From contig CAYHCN010000001.1 in NCBI GenBank assembly GCA_964354945.1, positions 1-27,076 on the forward strand: a stretch of DNA of 27,076 bases, in the 5' to 3' direction. Positions within the stretch are counted from its first letter, which is position 1. Every line of letters begins with the position of its first letter. Source of the DNA: an uncultured Eubacteriales bacterium (GTDB taxonomy: Bacteria > Actinomycetota > Coriobacteriia > Anaerosomatales > CAVXGS01). The translations under genes were made by a program, and so were the position numbers. This document shows positions 17,152 to 24,721 of this stretch, in pieces. The notes beneath the pieces are model-generated. The model was not told the origin of the DNA. It searched no databases and worked only from the letters and a program-made list of their open reading frames with translations.

Positions 17152-18201
17152 CTACCCGGCTCCCGACCCGCTCGCGCCTTCGGTCTCCGAGGGCGCTGCC
17201 GCCCCAAGGCGCGCACGGTCCCGCTCCATCCGCCGCTTCGCCGACCGGCTCGCGGCCGCCCAGACGCCTGCGAGCACGAGCACCGCGAGCAGGGCACCCA
17301 GCGCGATGAGGAACCAGAGTGGGATGGCCCACACTGTGCGGTCCTTCTCGATCGATTTGGCGACTCCTGAGTCCCCGGAGTAGGTCACGACGAGCCGCAC
17401 GCGAGTGGGTCCGATGGGAGAACCCTGAAGGCGCAACGCGCCCTTCTTCACGAGCACCGACGATGCGTACACCGGCGTGTCAGTCATCACGGTCGACGAG
17501 CCGCGCTCGTTCTCCGAGCGATCGAGGACGACGAGGCGGGCATCGACGCGCTCGTCGATGTTGCCCTCATTGCGCACGGTGAACGAGTAGCTGGGGGACG
17601 AGCCAATGACGAACGCGGGCATCGCGAACGGCCGCACGTCGACCTTCTCGACGATCTCGCCCTTCACGCGTGTCTGTATACGAGCGCCGAGGCGAGCGTT
17701 GATGCGCGCGGTCCCCCCCTTGGCGTCCTCTTGCGGCGAGAACATCTCGAAGAACAGCACCGCCTGCCTGTCGCCCGGCGTCGCATCATCCGGCACCGTG
17801 ACTCCGAACTTCACCGGCGCCCGCTCACCGGGAGCCAAGTCGATGTAGGGGATGTTGCCGGTGGACCTGGCGTCGGGCGGGAGCTCAAAGGTCACCCAGG
17901 TCGCCGGGCTTGTGAGCCGGTTCGCGTTGACGGGGGGCACGACGAAGCTCACCGACCCGTCTTCGGCGATCTCCTGGTCGGCCACGTAGACCCGTACGGA
18001 GAGCGGCTCGGCCCCCTCGTTGATGACGAACACCTCGCCGGTGCCCTTCTGTCCCGGCTCCGCGGCGAAGCCGAACTTGGATGCGGACAGGCTGAGGGAT
18101 CGTTCGGCCGCGGCGTGCGCCTGTGCCGAGCAGACGAGAGTCGCGAGGACGACGACCAGAAGACATGCGGCCCCTCTCCTGGTCGGATGCGACCGTCTCA
18201 C
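17152..18201 (-). CDS. DUF916/DUF3324-like (WxL-interacting/chaperone-like) two-domain protein with C-terminal membrane anchor
   Basis: GTG start after GGAGGGGAG and a signal peptide ending AHA. Domain 1 has V.VINEG..P, SPATWV and LAPGE..V.F.VTVP.DA.PGD..A.LFF. Domain 2 has FTVRNEGN. The TM (WAIPLWFLIALGALL) is followed by a basic tail. Confidence 0.78.
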   Translation of the reverse strand: MRRSHPTRRGAACLLVVVLATLVCSAQAHAAAERSLSLSASKFGFAAEPGQKGTGEVFVINEGAEPLSVRVYVADQEIAEDGSVSFVVPPVNANRLTSPATWVTFELPPDARSTGNIPYIDLAPGERAPVKFGVTVPDDATPGDRQAVLFFEMFSPQEDAKGGTARINARLGARIQTRVKGEIVEKVDVRPFAMPAFVIGSSPSYSFTVRNEGNIDERVDARLVVLDRSENERGSSTVMTDTPVYASSVLVKKGALRLQGSPIGPTRVRLVVTYSGDSGVAKSIEKDRTVWAIPLWFLIALGALLAVLVLAGVWAAASRSAKRRMERDRARLGAAAPSETEGASGSGAG

Positions 18202-18459
18202 GCGCAGCTCCCCTCCAAGAAAGGCGGACTCACTTCCGTCGAGATTCACCATACAAGAGCGGTGGGCGTGGACGAAGAGGAGTCGGGGAGTCGCCGCCTC
18301 AGGCGTCGTGCGGCGAGAGGCCCGCTTCGGCGGGCCGCTGTCGCGTCTCGCCTGTTGCGGTAGGGTAGGAGGCGCGGTAGGTTCATCTGACCGCCGCGTC
18401 GGCTACCGAGGCGCTCGGCACGCCGGATCGACGGGCGACCGCGATGGAAGGGCCTGGCG

Positions 18460-19158
18460 ATGATCATCACCAAACCGCGCGAGTGGGCGCGTATCAAGCA
18501 GAACCTCGACGAGATCGGGGCCAAGAAGGTCTTCCTCATGGGATGCGGTCAGTGCGCCACCGTGGCCAGGACCGGTGGCGAGCCCGAGATCCTTCAGATG
18601 AAGGCGATGCTCGAGCAGACCGGTCGGGAAGTGACCGGCTGGGCCGTTGGGGAGGTCACGTGCCACCTAGGCGGTACACGGCTCGAGACGCGCAAGCACG
18701 TCGGGGAGCTCTCTGAGGCCGACGCCGTGGTCGTGCTGTCATGCGGCTCGGGCGTCCAGACCGTCGCCGAGAGCACCGACAAGCCGGTGTATCCCGGGCT
18801 CGAGAGCGTGTTCCTCGGCAACGTGATCCGCAGTGGGGTGTTCGAGGAGCGCTGCAAGATGTGTGGTGACTGCGTGCTCGACCTCACCGCCGGCATCTGC
18901 CCCGTGACCACCTGCCCCAAGGGCCTGCTCAACGGGCCGTGCGGCGGCATGTGGCAGGGGAAGTGCGAGGTCCTCCGCGACCGCGAGTGCGTCCACGTGC
19001 GGATCCACGATCGGCTGAAGGTCCAGGGCAGGCCGAAGCGCAGCACCGTGCCGGCCAAGCATCACGGCGTCAAGCTGCAGCCGGGTTCGGTGAACCTGCG
19101 GTCGGCGGGGGCGAGCGCCGCCGGGACCGCGGCGGGCGACACGAAGGCCGCCGAGTGA
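18460..19158 (+). CDS. metV: Methylene-THF reductase Cys-rich subunit (MTHFR_C domain)
   Basis: GCGQCAT, LSCGSGVQ and ERCKMCGDCVLDLTAGICPVTTCPKGLLNGPCGG..GKCEV...ECV. GTGA overlap with metF. Confidence 0.9.
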   Translation: MIITKPREWARIKQNLDEIGAKKVFLMGCGQCATVARTGGEPEILQMKAMLEQTGREVTGWAVGEVTCHLGGTRLETRKHVGELSEADAVVVLSCGSGVQTVAESTDKPVYPGLESVFLGNVIRSGVFEERCKMCGDCVLDLTAGICPVTTCPKGLLNGPCGGMWQGKCEVLRDRECVHVRIHDRLKVQGRPKRSTVPAKHHGVKLQPGSVNLRSAGASAAGTAAGDTKAAE

Positions 19159-20051
19159 GCAGGCTTCGCGACGCATTGGAGCGCGGCGAGTTCGTCGTGA
19201 CGGGTGAGGTCGGGCCGCCGCACGGCACCGATCTCTCGGCGATGAAGAAGAGCGTGGAGACACTCGCGCCGTACTGTGACGCGGTCAACGTCACGGACAA
19301 CCAGGGCGCGACGCTTCACCTCTCGTCGCTCGCCGCCTCGCGCGCGCTGCTCGACATGGGCACGGACCCGATCTTCCAGCAGACGTGTCGGGACCGGAAC
19401 CGCCTGGCGCTCCAGTCGGACCTCCTCGCCGCGTGGACGCTCGGCCTCGAGAACGTCCTGGTCGTCACGGGCGACGACCCTCGCGGCGGCGACCACCCCG
19501 ACGCCAAAGGGGTGTTCGATCTCGACTCCACCCAGCTCATCGCGGCGGTGGAGGGGTTGAATGCCGGTGTCGACATGAACGGTGCGCCACTCGACGGTGC
19601 GACGGGATTCTACGTCGGTGCGGCCGCGTTTCCCGAAGCGGAGCCGTGGGAGATCCAGATGGACCGCTGGGTCGCCAAGATCGAGGCAGGCGCGAGGTTC
19701 TTCCAGACCCAGGCGGTCATGGATGTCGACGCGTTCGCCGAGCACTGTGCCGAGCTCCGGGCTAACGATCCACGAGCCGGCGAAGGCGGGGTCAAGATCA
19801 TCGCCGGGGTGCTGCTGCTCAAGAGCGCGAGAGTCATCGACTTCATCAACAACAAGCTCGCCGGGCTCATGGTCCCCGACGAGATCGCGGAGCGCATCCG
19901 CACCGCCGAGACACCGCTCGACGCGGCCGTCGAACTCGCCATCGAGCAAACACGGGCGCTCAGAGACGTCGCCGACGGCGTGCACGTCATGCCGCTCGGC
20001 GCCGACCACACCGTGCCGCGGATCCTCGAAGGCGCAGGGCTGGCTCGCTAG
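19155..20051 (+). CDS. metF: Methylenetetrahydrofolate reductase
   Basis: GTG at 19155. Motifs VVTGEVGPPHG, NVTDNQGA, CRDRNRLALQSDL, VTGDDP, KIEAGARFFQTQ and GVHVMPLG. Confidence 0.92.
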   Translation: MSRLRDALERGEFVVTGEVGPPHGTDLSAMKKSVETLAPYCDAVNVTDNQGATLHLSSLAASRALLDMGTDPIFQQTCRDRNRLALQSDLLAAWTLGLENVLVVTGDDPRGGDHPDAKGVFDLDSTQLIAAVEGLNAGVDMNGAPLDGATGFYVGAAAFPEAEPWEIQMDRWVAKIEAGARFFQTQAVMDVDAFAEHCAELRANDPRAGEGGVKIIAGVLLLKSARVIDFINNKLAGLMVPDEIAERIRTAETPLDAAVELAIEQTRALRDVADGVHVMPLGADHTVPRILEGAGLAR

Positions 20052-20218
20052 GTGGTTCTCCTGCCTCGGCAGTATCACCGTCTTCTGTCGAGCCGAGGCC
20101 GTGTTCGGACCCGTGCTTCACTCGGAGGATCGATGTCCGCCGCGCGGCTCCCCGCTCGCCCTCGTACGAGGCGCAGCTCCCGTGGGCACGCATCGAAGCG
20201 ACGCCGAGAGCGGTGCGG

Positions 20219-20224
20219 TAGAAT
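20219..20224 (+). promoter_or_regulatory. Candidate -10 box (TAGAAT) for lpdA
   Basis: GGTAGAAT lies 36 nt upstream of the ATG, and a GAGGAG RBS follows. The same GGTAGAATCGG string occurs on the minus strand upstream of the ABC operon (hexamer at 7799-7804). Confidence 0.45.
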
Positions 20225-20260
20225 CGGCGGACTTCGGTGGTGGCGACCTGAGGAGCACTC

Positions 20261-21655
20261 ATGCGCATCGCAGTTCTCGGCGGCGGTCCCGGCGGCTACT
20301 CCGCGGCATTTGAGGCTGCGCGCCTCGGCGCCGAGGTCACTCTCGTGGAGCGGGAGCGGCTCGGTGGCACCTGCTTGAACTGGGGCTGCATCCCCACGAA
20401 GACCATCCTGCGCAGCGCGCACATCGTGTCCGACACCAAGCGGGCCGCGGAGTTCGGCCTCAACGCCGAGGTGGCCACCGTCGACATCGATGCGTTGCGT
20501 ACCCGTAAGGAGGGCGTGGTCGACACGCTCGTCGGGCAGCTCGAATCGAGCGCCAAGCGGCTGAAGGTCCGGATCGTCTACGGTGAGGGCAGGCTGACCT
20601 CGGCCGGCGCCATCGAGGTCTCACTCGCCGAGGGAGGCGCCGAGACCGTCGAAGCCGACGCGGTGATCCTGGCCACCGGCTCGATCGTGTTCAAGCTCCC
20701 CAACATCGACCACGACATGGACGGCGTGTGGACGAGCGACGATGCCGTCTCGCTCACCGAGATCCCAGGCGAGATCCTCATCATCGGCGGCGGCGTCATC
20801 GGCCTCGAGTTCGCGTGCGCGTACGCGAGCTTCGGAAGCACGGTCACCGTTGTCGAGCTGATGGACCAGGTGCTTCCCGGCAACGACAAGCGCGTCGCCA
20901 AGACGATGCAGGCCGAGCTGGAGAAGACGGGCATCGCGTTCCACATCGGCGATGCGGTCGAGTCCGTCGAGCGCTTGGGGGACCGCATGCGTTCCACGCT
21001 CAAGAGCGGCGGAATCATCGAGAGCGACATCGTGATGAGCGCTGTCGGCCGCCGTCCTAACTCGGTCGGCTTCGGCTACGAGGAGGTCGGGCTGGAGTTC
21101 GACCGCGCCGCGATCAAGGCCGACGCCTACTTCCGCACCAACCTCCCGCGCGTCTACGCGATCGGCGACCTCATCGGCGGGATGATGCTCGCGCACGTCG
21201 CCGAGGAGGAAGGCGTGCTCGCCGCTCGCAACGCCGTCGCCGAACTCAAGGCCGCCGAGGCAGGCGCGAGTCCACACCTCGAGGGCATCGACTACTCGGC
21301 CATCCCCGCGGCGGTCTACACGTTCCCGGGGGTCGGCGTGCTGGGCTCCAGCCGCGATTCGGCCAAGGAACGCGGCATCGACGCGATCCAAGCCGTCGCG
21401 AAGTTCGGGGGCAACGCCAAGGCGCTCGGCGAGGGCGAGGCGGACGGCTTCGTCCAGCTCATCGCCGAAAAGGGCACCGGGGCGATCGTCGGATGCCAGA
21501 TCGTGGGGCCCTCGGCGGTTGAGATCATCCAGGAGGTCGCGGTCGCGAAGCGCTGGGGCATGACCGTCCACCAGCTTGCCGAGACGGTGCACGGCCACCC
21601 GACCGTCGGCGAGGTCATCAAGGCCGCCGCGATCGACGCCGCAGGCAAAGTCTAG
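20261..21655 (+). CDS. lpdA: Dihydrolipoyl dehydrogenase
   Basis: GGGPGGY FAD motif, GGTCLNWGCIPTK redox disulfide, GGGVIGLE, GMMLAHVA and HGHPTVGE. Confidence 0.93.
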   Translation: MRIAVLGGGPGGYSAAFEAARLGAEVTLVERERLGGTCLNWGCIPTKTILRSAHIVSDTKRAAEFGLNAEVATVDIDALRTRKEGVVDTLVGQLESSAKRLKVRIVYGEGRLTSAGAIEVSLAEGGAETVEADAVILATGSIVFKLPNIDHDMDGVWTSDDAVSLTEIPGEILIIGGGVIGLEFACAYASFGSTVTVVELMDQVLPGNDKRVAKTMQAELEKTGIAFHIGDAVESVERLGDRMRSTLKSGGIIESDIVMSAVGRRPNSVGFGYEEVGLEFDRAAIKADAYFRTNLPRVYAIGDLIGGMMLAHVAEEEGVLAARNAVAELKAAEAGASPHLEGIDYSAIPAAVYTFPGVGVLGSSRDSAKERGIDAIQAVAKFGGNAKALGEGEADGFVQLIAEKGTGAIVGCQIVGPSAVEIIQEVAVAKRWGMTVHQLAETVHGHPTVGEVIKAAAIDAAGKV

Positions 21656-21694
21656 CGCCGGTCTCGGCGAGCCGACTCTAGCCGAAGGCCGGAC

Positions 21695-22381
21695 CTACCT
21701 GCTGCGTACCAGGTCGGCGACGAGCACGTAGCGATCCGGGGCTGTCCCCACGTAGTAGAAGGGGTAGCAGGTGGTCAGCGTGAGTACCGGGTAGTCGGTC
21801 GGCACGATCACGGTCTTGTCGTCCTTAGGGACGATGCGTACCTCGCGGACCTCGTACGTGAACTCACCCGCGGCCGTTTGCACGATCAGGTGAGCGCCGA
21901 CACCCACCTTGCGCAGCCCCGCAAAGGCGGTGTCGCGATGCCCGGACAGCACGCAGTTGTTGTTCGTGCCCGGCATCGCACTGCGCGCGTAGTGCCCGAC
22001 CCCGCGCTTGAGCTCGGAGGCGTCGGTTCCCTCGACGATGGGCAGCGTGCGCCCCAGGCCGGGGATCGTCAGCGTGCCCAGCTCCGCCCCGGCTGGGGGC
22101 GGAGCAGCTGCGGTGCGTGCGCCAAAGGGGAACTGACCGGCTGACCGATCGAGCGTGGAAGCGGGCGCGTCCTGGTAGACGGGCTTCAGATCAGATGCCG
22201 TGAACTTCGGCAGTGGGCTCGAACTGACCGCGGCTGATGCCGGTCTCGACCCGATGATGGCGACGATCGCCAGGGCTATGCAGCCGAGACCGATCAGGAA
22301 CACGGCGACGAAGAACAGCCCCGCCCGGCCTGCCGCCGCGATGGGCTCGCGTGCCTGAGATGCCGAGTCCTGACTATTCAT
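21695..22381 (-). CDS. Class D sortase
   Basis: N-terminal TM, then LTIPGL..LPIVEGT, GVGHY, SGHRDT (His), LTLTTCYPF (Cys) and APDRY (Arg). Confidence 0.9.
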   Translation of the reverse strand: MNSQDSASQAREPIAAAGRAGLFFVAVFLIGLGCIALAIVAIIGSRPASAAVSSSPLPKFTASDLKPVYQDAPASTLDRSAGQFPFGARTAAAPPPAGAELGTLTIPGLGRTLPIVEGTDASELKRGVGHYARSAMPGTNNNCVLSGHRDTAFAGLRKVGVGAHLIVQTAAGEFTYEVREVRIVPKDDKTVIVPTDYPVLTLTTCYPFYYVGTAPDRYVLVADLVRSR

Positions 22382-23579
22382 GTCGCGGTCTCGCGTATCG
22401 CACGAAGCCAGCCGCCCCGATGATCACGAGCGCGATACCGATGAGCAGCAGGTTGTACCACGGCGTGCCGGTCGCGGGGATCGTGCCCCCGACCTCGACC
22501 GGCTGCTGGGCGGACGCGGTTTGCGCGCCGCCCCCTGTCGTCGCGGGCTGCCCGGCGGACGGGCTGGTCTTCGCCGTGCCGCCGGTCGCTGCCGGCTGGC
22601 CGGCCGGGGCCACTGCAGACGGCGTGGTCTGCGGCGTGGTTCCCGCCGTCGGCCGGGCGCCGGCCTTCGCGGCTTTGGCGGCCTTTGCGGCCTTTGCCTT
22701 CCGCTTGGCTGGCGGGACGAGCTTCGCCACCGCCGCGGCGTGGGCCGCCTGCTCCGCTGCTGCGACCGCGGTGGCGTGTGCGTACCACTTGGCGTACGGG
22801 TAGGGCTTGATCTTGAGCTGGCTCCAGGTCTGGGTCTTCGCATCGAAGCCGACGAGCGTCCCGACCTTCTGATGATCGAGGAAGTAGTACGCCAGGTCTT
22901 CGGGGCCGAGGCCCGCCTTCTTGCCCGCCTCGAGGAGCGATGCGCGGAACTGGGTGTCCTCGTACCAGGCAGCACCGGGGAACTCCCGGTCCAACCGCGC
23001 GACCATGTGGAGGTCCTTCAGGCGCTCCGTCTTCCAGTACGAAAGGAACGAGACCCGCTGCTCCGTCGTGAAGTACCCCAGGTTGACGAACGCGAAGACG
23101 TCCTCCGTGCCCGAAGGGGGTTTGTCGGCGGGGGTGAGCCCCGGCCCGAACCTGGTCACCGAGGGGTAGACGGTCGTGAAGGTGGTTTCGTTGGAGCCGA
23201 CCTCGACGTTGTACCGGGCCTCCCACACCGATGCCTCTCCCACGCCTCTGACCAGCGACACCCTAGCAAGCGTCGGGTTCTCGTAGAAGCTGGCCGGGTC
23301 GGGCAAGGGAAGTATCGCGCGGAGTAGCGTGGTGAAATCCTCGGCGTAGGCCTGCGCCTGCTCGTCGGTGCGCAGCAGCTGCTCACGTTCCGCCCACGCC
23401 TCGGGGGACTGGAGGCCGACCGGCGTCTGCGTTGCCTTGACCGCCTGTTCCAGCTGGATGTCGGTCGTGCGCGCGTCGGCCCTCGACGGAGCCCGGGATG
23501 CCTGATAGATCGCGCCAGCTAGAATGAGCGCGCCGATGACGCCGAGGACGGTCGTCCAGCGACCGAGGCGTCTCTCCAC
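22374..23579 (-). CDS. Sortase substrate: secreted protein with IPATG sorting signal
   Basis: GTG after an AAGGAGG RBS and an N-terminal hydrophobic segment. An Ala/Lys- and Pro/Thr/Gly-rich linker precedes IPATG, a TM and the basic tail RYARPRHE. The stop overlaps the sortase ATG (ATGAATAG). Confidence 0.82.
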   Translation of the reverse strand: MERRLGRWTTVLGVIGALILAGAIYQASRAPSRADARTTDIQLEQAVKATQTPVGLQSPEAWAEREQLLRTDEQAQAYAEDFTTLLRAILPLPDPASFYENPTLARVSLVRGVGEASVWEARYNVEVGSNETTFTTVYPSVTRFGPGLTPADKPPSGTEDVFAFVNLGYFTTEQRVSFLSYWKTERLKDLHMVARLDREFPGAAWYEDTQFRASLLEAGKKAGLGPEDLAYYFLDHQKVGTLVGFDAKTQTWSQLKIKPYPYAKWYAHATAVAAAEQAAHAAAVAKLVPPAKRKAKAAKAAKAAKAGARPTAGTTPQTTPSAVAPAGQPAATGGTAKTSPSAGQPATTGGGAQTASAQQPVEVGGTIPATGTPWYNLLLIGIALVIIGAAGFVRYARPRHE

Positions 23580-23761
23580 TTTGAACCTGCCTCCTTGCAT
23601 GCGGTGCGGCCCTGTCCGGAGGCCGCCCGGGAGGCGAGACGACACGAGGTCGGACGCTCTCCCTTACCCATCAGTAGTGTACGAGCCTCGGACGATTCCC
23701 GAAAGGGCCGTGCCCGGAATCGCGGGTCGAACCCGGCGCCCCTCGGGTCGACAGGCCGCGT

Positions 23762-23769
23762 GCTAGACT
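23762..23769 (+). promoter_or_regulatory. Candidate extended -10 (TG-c-TAGACT at 23761-23769) of leaderless lipA
   Basis: TAGACT at 23764-23769 lies 7 nt before the ATG at 23777. No SD sequence. Confidence 0.55.
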
Positions 23770-23776
23770 CGCCCGC

Positions 23777-24682
23777 ATGTCAGACGCGTACGCACACGGC
23801 ACGTCTTCCGGCACCCGGCGTCTCCCGCCGTGGTTGAGGCGTCCCATCGCGCGGTCCGGCGAGTTCCAGGCGACCGAGGACCTGCTCTCCGAGCTCGAGC
23901 TCAAGACGGTGTGTCGGAGCGCCAAGTGCCCCAACCGGGGCGAGTGCTACGCGTCGGGAACCGCGACGTTCCTGGTGCTGGGCAGCGCGTGCACCCGAGG
24001 CTGCAGCTTCTGTGCCGTGGAGACGCGTGTCCCGTCTGCGCCGGACCCCGGGGAGCCGATCCGAGTTGCTGAGGCCGCGAAGCGGATGGGGCTTCGGCAT
24101 GTCGTCGTCACCATGGTGACCCGCGACGATCTGCCCGACGGAGGTGCGGCACACGTGGTTGCGGTGATCAAGGCGGTTCGTGAGGCGGTGCCGTCGGCGG
24201 CGGTCGAGGTGCTTGTGAGCGATCTCGCAGGGGACGAGGCCGCGATCGACGCAGTGGCAGCAGCTCGACCGGACGTCTTCAACCACAATCTCGAGACGGT
24301 CCCGCGGCTCTACCCCACCGTGAGGCGTGGTGCTGACTATCGACGCTCTCTCGACGTCCTCGCGCGCGCACGCGAGACGATGCCCAGGATGCCGACGAAG
24401 TCCGGGCTCATGCTCGGGCTCGGCGAGACGGCGGACGAGGTTCGCTCTGTCATGGACGACCTGCGCGCTGCCGGCGTCGAGACGCTCACGCTCGGTCAGT
24501 ACCTGCGCCCCAGTCCGGCGCACTTGCCGGTCGCCCAGTTCGTTGCACCCGAGACGTTCGCGGAGCTGGCCCGCGACGCGTATCGCCGAGGGTTCAGCGC
24601 CGTCGCGAGTGCGCCATTCGTGCGCTCGAGCTACCACGCCGGCGAGCTGGACAGCTCGCGTCGGGACGCAGCAGGGCGCTAG
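23777..24682 (+). CDS. lipA: Lipoyl synthase
   Basis: CRSAKCPNRGEC (CX4CX5C), CTRGCSFC (radical SAM), FNHNLETVPRL, TLGQYLRPS and VRSSY. Confidence 0.95.
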   Translation: MSDAYAHGTSSGTRRLPPWLRRPIARSGEFQATEDLLSELELKTVCRSAKCPNRGECYASGTATFLVLGSACTRGCSFCAVETRVPSAPDPGEPIRVAEAAKRMGLRHVVVTMVTRDDLPDGGAAHVVAVIKAVREAVPSAAVEVLVSDLAGDEAAIDAVAAARPDVFNHNLETVPRLYPTVRRGADYRRSLDVLARARETMPRMPTKSGLMLGLGETADEVRSVMDDLRAAGVETLTLGQYLRPSPAHLPVAQFVAPETFAELARDAYRRGFSAVASAPFVRSSYHAGELDSSRRDAAGR

Positions 24683-24721
24683 GGCGGTTGGACGCACGAT
24701 AGGCGAGTGTGGGTTCGGCGG

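Noticed and set aside
18250-18275. ATACAAGAGCGGTGG resembling the start of a SAM-I riboswitch upstream of metV
   Set aside because: No GAGGGA/GGCCC, GGCAACC or GGTGC.AA core follows.
23696-23745. TTCCCGAAAGG (SMK-like start) and GGGTTCGACCC (tRNA T-arm-like, minus strand) near the sortase cassette edge
   Set aside because: There is no SMK core, no 7-nt T-loop with a 5-bp stem and no cloverleaf, and I saw no target duplication or integrase.
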